A stretch of 64,000 nt of DNA, taken from Spirochaetota bacterium (GTDB lineage: Bacteria; Spirochaetota; UBA4802; JAFGDQ01). How positions within the stretch are numbered: the first letter of the stretch is position 1; every line of letters begins with the position of its first letter. Below the pieces are notes generated by a model, which had not been told where the DNA came from, ran no database searches, and saw only the letters and a program-made list of their open reading frames with translations. Shown here one piece after another: positions 58,478 through 64,000 of this stretch. A program made the position numbers and the translations under genes. The DNA lies in NCBI GenBank assembly GCA_016932015.1, contig JAFGDQ010000066.1, forward strand, positions 23,617 to 87,616, in the 5' to 3' direction.

Positions 58478-61400
58478 ATGCCGAAAAGAACAGACATTGA
58501 AAAAATTATGATTATTGGTTCAGGGCCTATCGTGATTGGACAGGCTTGTGAATTTGATTATTCCGGCACTCAGGCCTGCAAGGCTTTAAAAAAACTGGGA
58601 TATAAAATCATTCTCGTTAATTCCAACCCGGCTACTATTATGACTGATCCGGGTATGGCTGATATTACCTATATTGAACCTTTTAATCTTGAAACAATGA
58701 TTAAAATAATCAAAAAGGAAAGACCCGATGCCTTATTGCCTAATCTTGGGGGACAGACAGCGCTTAATCTTTCATCTGAGCTTTATAAAAAAGGAATTCT
58801 AAATGAATATAATGTAAAAATAATCGGTGTGCAGGCAGATGCTATTGAAAGGGGTGAAGACAGAATAGCATTTAAAGAAACAATGAAAAAACTCGGTATT
58901 GATATGCCCGTAAGTGCTCCGGCGCACAGTATTGAAGAAGCGGAAAAGATCGCTGATGAAACAGGGTATCCTCTTGTAATCCGCCCCGCGTATACGATGG
59001 GAGGAACAGGAAGCGGGCATGTTTACAACAGCGAGGAACTTAAGGAAGTCGTAAGCCGCGGAATAACATCAAGTATGATAGGGCAGGTTCTTGTTGAGGA
59101 ATCTGTTATAGGCTGGGAGGAGCTGGAGCTGGAAGTTGTGCGTGATGCTAAAAATAATAAAATCACGGTTTGTTTTATAGAGAATGTCGACGCAATGGGC
59201 GTTCATACGGGTGATTCATTCTGTACTGCTCCAATGCTGACCATCAGTCAGGAGCTGCAGAACAGACTTCAGAAATATTCATATGATATAGTTGATGCGA
59301 TTGAGGTTATTGGAGGCACAAACGTTCAGTTCGCGCATAATCCGGAAACCGGGCGTGTTGTTGTAATAGAAATAAATCCCAGAACGTCGCGTTCGTCGGC
59401 GCTTGCTTCAAAGGCAACCGGTTTTCCGATCGCGCTGGTTTCGTCAATGCTTGCGGGCGGGCTCACCCTTGACGAAATTCCCTACTGGCGCGGCGGAACT
59501 CTGGATAAATATACTCCTTACGGAGACTATGTGGTAGTCAAATTTCCGAGATGGGGATTTGAGAAGTTTAAAGGCGTTAAGGATGAACTGGGTACGCAGA
59601 TGAGAGCTGTAGGAGAGGCAATGAGCATAGGCAAATCATATAAGGAGGCTTTTCAGAAAGCTATCCGGTCTATGGAAAACGGAAGATTCGGCCTCGGTTT
59701 TGCCAGAAACTTCAATAAAATGCCTCTTGATGATTTAATGAAGCTTTTGAATACCCCCACAAGCGAGCGGCAGTTTATCATGTACGAGGCACTGAGAAAG
59801 GGGGCAGATGTTGAAGAGCTGTATCAGAAGACATATATCAAGCCCTGGTTCATAAATCAGATGAAAGAGCTTGTGGATTTTGAAGAGGAGATTCTGAAGT
59901 ATAAAGGAAAAACCCTGCCTGATGAACTGCTGATTAAGGCAAAGAAGGACGGTTTTTCGGACAAGTATCTTGCTAAAATTACAGAGAACAGTGAAATCGC
60001 GATGCGGGATAAAAGGGTTTCTCTCGGAATTAAAGAAGCGTGGGAACCTGTTCCTGTAAGCGGTGTGGAAAATGCCGCGTACTACTATTCCACATACAAT
60101 GCGGATGATAAAGCGGAGATTTCTCCGGGCAGAAAGGTAATGGTTCTCGGCGGCGGCCCGAACCGCATCGGCCAGGGTATAGAGTTCGATTACTGCTGTG
60201 TGCATGCCGCATTTGCGCTTAAGGAAATGGAATACGATTCCATAATGGTCAACTGCAATCCGGAAACAGTTTCCACTGATTATGATACTTCAAATAAACT
60301 TTATTTTGAGCCTTTGACGGTTGAAGATGTACTCAGTATATACGAGAAGGAAAAACCGGATGGCGTAGTAGTGCAGTTCGGCGGGCAGACTCCCCTGAAT
60401 ATTGCACGTGAATTGATGGATGCCGGAGTTAATATTCTGGGTACATCACCTGATTCAATTGACCTGGCGGAGGACAGAGACAGATTCAGGTCAATGATGG
60501 AAAAAACCGGAATACCGTATCCAGAATCAGGCATGGCTGACAATCTTGACCAGGCGCTGAAAATTGCCGCAGATATAGGTTATCCTCTGATAGTAAGGCC
60601 TTCCTATGTTCTCGGCGGAAGGGCAATGGAGATTGTTTACGATGAGGACATGCTGAGGCAGTATTTAGCGGCTGCAGTCGACGTATCCCCTGAACGTCCT
60701 ATTCTTATTGACAAGTTTCTTACAAACGCAATGGAAGTTGAGGCTGACGCGATTTCCGACGGCACTGATGTTTTTGTTCCCGCAGTTATGGAGCATATAG
60801 AATATGCCGGAGTCCATTCCGGAGATTCGGCGTGCGTGGTTCCTTCCGTTAGCATTTCCCGAAAACATCTGGATACGATTGTTGATTATACTAAAAGAAT
60901 TGCCATTGCACTTAATGTCGTGGGACTTATGAATATTCAGTACGCTATTGCCGATGATACCGTGTATATTCTTGAGGCAAATCCAAGGGCGTCAAGAACA
61001 GTTCCTCTTGTTTCAAAAGTCTGCGGTATACAGATGGCGAATATCGCATTGAAAGTAATGCTTGGAGAAAAGATATCCTCTCTTAATCTGAAACACAAAC
61101 CGATTAAACATTTCGGAGTCAAAGAGTCGGTGTTTCCTTTTAACATGTTTCCTGAAGTGGATCCTCTTCTGGGGCCGGAAATGAGGTCAACAGGAGAAGT
61201 ACTCGGCCTTTCCGATTCATTCGGGCTCGCGTTTTCAAAGGCGCAGGAGGCTACAAAACAGAAACTGCCGGTTGAAGGCAATGTTTTACTCACTATAAAC
61301 AGAAATGACAGGGATACTGCTCTTGAGATCGCAAAAAACCTGATTTCACTCGGTTTTAATGTGATGACTACTGAAGGTGTTAACGGTTATCTGGAAGATA

Positions 61401-61675
61401 ATGGTGTTGCAACTGAGATGGTGCTGAAACTCAATCAGGGAAGGCCTAATATTGTTGACCGCATTAAAAGCCGGGAAATACAATTGATCATAAATACTCC
61501 AAGCGGCAAACAGAGCGAATTTGACGATTCATATATACGGAAATCCGCAATTAAATACGGAATTCCGTATATTACAACTATGGCAGCCGCGCGTGCGAGT
61601 GTAAAAGGCATTACTGAGTTAAAAAAAGGCGAAAAAGATGTAAAGTCTCTGCAGGAATATCACGGTCTGGTTTAA
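58478..61675 (+). CDS. carB: Carbamoyl-phosphate synthase large subunit
   Basis: MPKRTDI, GQACEFDYSG, NSNPATIMTD, GPNRIGQGIEFDY, two ATP-grasp domains, MGS tail. Confidence 0.98.
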   Translation: MPKRTDIEKIMIIGSGPIVIGQACEFDYSGTQACKALKKLGYKIILVNSNPATIMTDPGMADITYIEPFNLETMIKIIKKERPDALLPNLGGQTALNLSSELYKKGILNEYNVKIIGVQADAIERGEDRIAFKETMKKLGIDMPVSAPAHSIEEAEKIADETGYPLVIRPAYTMGGTGSGHVYNSEELKEVVSRGITSSMIGQVLVEESVIGWEELELEVVRDAKNNKITVCFIENVDAMGVHTGDSFCTAPMLTISQELQNRLQKYSYDIVDAIEVIGGTNVQFAHNPETGRVVVIEINPRTSRSSALASKATGFPIALVSSMLAGGLTLDEIPYWRGGTLDKYTPYGDYVVVKFPRWGFEKFKGVKDELGTQMRAVGEAMSIGKSYKEAFQKAIRSMENGRFGLGFARNFNKMPLDDLMKLLNTPTSERQFIMYEALRKGADVEELYQKTYIKPWFINQMKELVDFEEEILKYKGKTLPDELLIKAKKDGFSDKYLAKITENSEIAMRDKRVSLGIKEAWEPVPVSGVENAAYYYSTYNADDKAEISPGRKVMVLGGGPNRIGQGIEFDYCCVHAAFALKEMEYDSIMVNCNPETVSTDYDTSNKLYFEPLTVEDVLSIYEKEKPDGVVVQFGGQTPLNIARELMDAGVNILGTSPDSIDLAEDRDRFRSMMEKTGIPYPESGMADNLDQALKIAADIGYPLIVRPSYVLGGRAMEIVYDEDMLRQYLAAAVDVSPERPILIDKFLTNAMEVEADAISDGTDVFVPAVMEHIEYAGVHSGDSACVVPSVSISRKHLDTIVDYTKRIAIALNVVGLMNIQYAIADDTVYILEANPRASRTVPLVSKVCGIQMANIALKVMLGEKISSLNLKHKPIKHFGVKESVFPFNMFPEVDPLLGPEMRSTGEVLGLSDSFGLAFSKAQEATKQKLPVEGNVLLTINRNDRDTALEIAKNLISLGFNVMTTEGVNGYLEDNGVATEMVLKLNQGRPNIVDRIKSREIQLIINTPSGKQSEFDDSYIRKSAIKYGIPYITTMAAARASVKGITELKKGEKDVKSLQEYHGLV

Positions 61676-61694
61676 TGTCCTGATCTGATATTCA

Positions 61695-62129
61695 TTGCGG
61701 GAATGGCGGATTCTGCTGTATTTGATTTTTTTATTTCAGGTTTATTCAGGTTGTACAGGATCTTTTATGGGACATTGTAAGCGGAGAGGCTACTGCTGCC
61801 GGGATGTAAGACTCGCAGAGTCTCCGGATATGCTTGAAAAGGCCTATAATTTCTGGAAAAAGTCAAAGGGTATTGATCCTGATTTTTCAGAGATATATCT
61901 GATTTATCCGATGCTTGACTTTAAATTCGAGAATCAGGATGAGGATCTGCCTTATCATTATCGTTGCAAGCACTTTGTTCATGATGAGAACGGGGTTCCG
62001 GCATGCTCAATTTATGAGATAAGGCCTCGTATGTGCAGGGATTTTCCTTATTATGAGGATGTCAAATCCCTTGACAGGGATGAACCTCTGAGCCCATACG
62101 AGGGATGCGGGTATAATGATCCTGATTAA
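61695..62129 (+). CDS. YkgJ family Cys-cluster (Zn/Fe-chelating) protein; start uncertain
   Basis: CKRRGYCC, YRCKHF, CSIYEIRPRMCRDFP, GCGY. Confidence 0.75.
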   Translation: MREWRILLYLIFLFQVYSGCTGSFMGHCKRRGYCCRDVRLAESPDMLEKAYNFWKKSKGIDPDFSEIYLIYPMLDFKFENQDEDLPYHYRCKHFVHDENGVPACSIYEIRPRMCRDFPYYEDVKSLDRDEPLSPYEGCGYNDPD

Positions 62130-62187
62130 CCGGTTTCCTGATTGAATTGAATTTCCATACTCCTTAAATTATGCGGTAAATAATTAT

Positions 62188-62973
62188 TTATTTGCCTGCA
62201 TGCGTTTGCGCTATCAGCGCTGCCCCGAGAGCTCCTATTATCTGAGGCTCATCAGGGACAAGAAATTCTGTTTTGAATTCATTCTCAAGAAATTTTTTCA
62301 TACCTGTGTTTTTTGCGACACCGCCTGTAAAAACTGCATCAGGTTCGCATTTAAGGCCTGAAGCCATCGCGAATACTCTTGACGCGGCTGCTTTGTGAAC
62401 TCCTGCGATCAGGTCTTTTCTTTCTTTCCCTTCGGCTCTGAGCACAACTACTTCTGTTTCCGCGAAAACTGTGCAGGTACTGCTTATGCGGCACGGGTCA
62501 TTGCTTTCAAGTGCGATCGGGCCCATGTCAGTCATACTTTCCACCTGAAGAATGTGAGCCATTACTTCCATAAACCTTCCGGTTCCTGCCGCGCATTTGT
62601 CATTCATTGTAAAATTGATTACATTGCCCTCAGAATCAACTTCTATTGCTTTTGAGTCCTGTCCGCCCATGTCAATTATGAAGCGGGTTGTAGGTATCAT
62701 GAAGTGCGCACCTTTCGCATGGCATATAATTTCCGTTGCGGTTTTTTGAGCGAATCCGATTGATTCCCTTGCGTATCCTGTTGAAACAATAAAGTCAAGA
62801 TCATCCATTGAAATTGAAAGGTTCGCATCTTGGAGCGCTTCTCTGCTTACTTCATTTGCAGCTATTTTTACATCATAACCTACAGGCCTGACTGCATGGC
62901 CTATAATCCGGCTGTCTTTTAGTATGACGGCTTTTGCTGTTGCTGCTCCTATATCTATTCCTGCTACCAACAT
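62188..62973 (-). CDS. 2-hydroxyacyl-CoA dehydratase activator (HgdC-type ATPase)
   Basis: GIDIG, TEIICHAKG, DMGGQDSK, MNDKCAAGTG, CTVFAE, TGGVAKN. Confidence 0.93.
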   Translation of the reverse strand: MLVAGIDIGAATAKAVILKDSRIIGHAVRPVGYDVKIAANEVSREALQDANLSISMDDLDFIVSTGYARESIGFAQKTATEIICHAKGAHFMIPTTRFIIDMGGQDSKAIEVDSEGNVINFTMNDKCAAGTGRFMEVMAHILQVESMTDMGPIALESNDPCRISSTCTVFAETEVVVLRAEGKERKDLIAGVHKAAASRVFAMASGLKCEPDAVFTGGVAKNTGMKKFLENEFKTEFLVPDEPQIIGALGAALIAQTHAGK

Positions 62974-63002
62974 GTTATTTATTTCCCTTATGGACTGTGA
63001 AT

Positions 63003-64000
63003 TTACTTGTGCTTTTTTGCTTTAAGCATTTCAGCGAATGTTTCTACTTTTGTTCTTAGTGAATCAGCACTGTGTGTTCTGCTGTCAAAATTATCGATCT
63101 CAAGTGAGAGGACAGGGAGCCCTGTCTTCTCTTCAAGGTATTTTTTCTGGGCATGGGATATGGTAGCTACAGGCCTGCAGTTATACAGATATTGCGCTAC
63201 AAATCCGTCCAGTCTCATGATTCCGGCTGCTTTTTCGTAGAACTGGATCTGAGCTTCAGTGCCGTGATAATATCCGCCTGTCATTTCGTAATTGGCTATA
63301 ATTTCGCCTGGTGTATTATATGTTCCTTTTGGTTCCACCCTGACTCCGCCAAAACTTCCAAGTATAAATGTAAGAGGAACTGCGAGGCCGCAGTCTTCAA
63401 GCAGGCGCGTTACTCTCGGATCCGATGTGTGGCCGAGCCTGACCATTACTCTTGGCGCGCCTTTTTCAGTCACACCTATTCCTGCTTTGACTCTTTCTTC
63501 AAGCTCTTTCACGAGAATCTCCATTGCCTTGATTCCTTCGCGTATACCCCTTCCTGCTGAGGATCCTGACAATGCTTCCAGCAGCTCGAGTTCAACTACA
63601 CTTAACGGTACCGGGTCGGCTTTCATAAGCTCAACAAGTCTGACAAGATAGCCTCTGAACTGCTTGCTGTTTTCCTGCGATTTTTCCCAGGCATCAGGCG
63701 CTATTTTTATTCCAAGGACATCTTCCGCTTTTTTTAGTGCCTGATTTATCTGCCCTCCAAGGTACTCGACCCTCTCAGGCAGAAAGTCCGGAAAATCCCC
63801 CCAATGTGAATCCATAATGCCGTCAATATATGCCATAGGTGTTCCGTAAAACGCGGTAACAAGGTCATCTGCTTTTGATCCCATATCGCAGTAATAGCTC
63901 GAAGCCAGGGCAAAATCCGGTACAGGAATCATGCCTTTTACAACGCCTCCGATTTTCGCCTGCCAGAGCGAACACATTGCATGCCCGGGCGGCAGTCCGT
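63003..64000 (-). CDS. 2-hydroxyacyl-CoA dehydratase subunit (HgdA/B family), 5'-truncated by the window edge
   Basis: Conserved Cys (MCSL, YCD, NCRP), GLPVLSLEID, LRTKVETFAEML; frame stays open to the window end. Confidence 0.85.
   Translation of the reverse strand, partial: GLPPGHAMCSLWQAKIGGVVKGMIPVPDFALASSYYCDMGSKADDLVTAFYGTPMAYIDGIMDSHWGDFPDFLPERVEYLGGQINQALKKAEDVLGIKIAPDAWEKSQENSKQFRGYLVRLVELMKADPVPLSVVELELLEALSGSSAGRGIREGIKAMEILVKELEERVKAGIGVTEKGAPRVMVRLGHTSDPRVTRLLEDCGLAVPLTFILGSFGGVRVEPKGTYNTPGEIIANYEMTGGYYHGTEAQIQFYEKAAGIMRLDGFVAQYLYNCRPVATISHAQKKYLEEKTGLPVLSLEIDNFDSRTHSADSLRTKVETFAEMLKAKKHK

Noticed and set aside
58478-61675. carB without adjacent carA as a novelty
   Set aside because: Separated carA and carB are common; carA may lie elsewhere.

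Overview
AT-rich bacterial chromosome segment, probably from an anaerobic spirochaete (inferred from lipobox-type lipoproteins, large TPR proteins, 7TM-DISM kinase, ctpA-tsaD linkage). It holds housekeeping genes (smpB, purE, guaA, lepB, ctpA, tsaD, guaB, carB, mobA), a TetR/acyl-CoA ligase/TRAP uptake cluster, a cobalamin-riboswitch-led late cobamide operon, signalling genes and the end of a 2-hydroxyacyl-CoA dehydratase locus. The standout is 43291-49414: GatA fused in frame to a non-discriminating archaeal-type AspRS, followed by a GatC-GatB fusion. Together they look like a two-polypeptide, covalently linked Asn-transamidosome, encoded head-to-head with an archaeal-type AsnRS-like asparagine synthetase. 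The last 34 bp of that synthetase gene recur 1558 bp away with only synonymous changes, bracketing an inserted lipoprotein gene. Also notable: a eukaryote-type IMPDH, an unusually long FolD, a PAS module triplicated in one kinase and shared with another, and strong CCGG enrichment. No tRNA, rRNA, CRISPR array, integrase or transposase was recognised. All assignments come from motif recognition by eye, without database searches.
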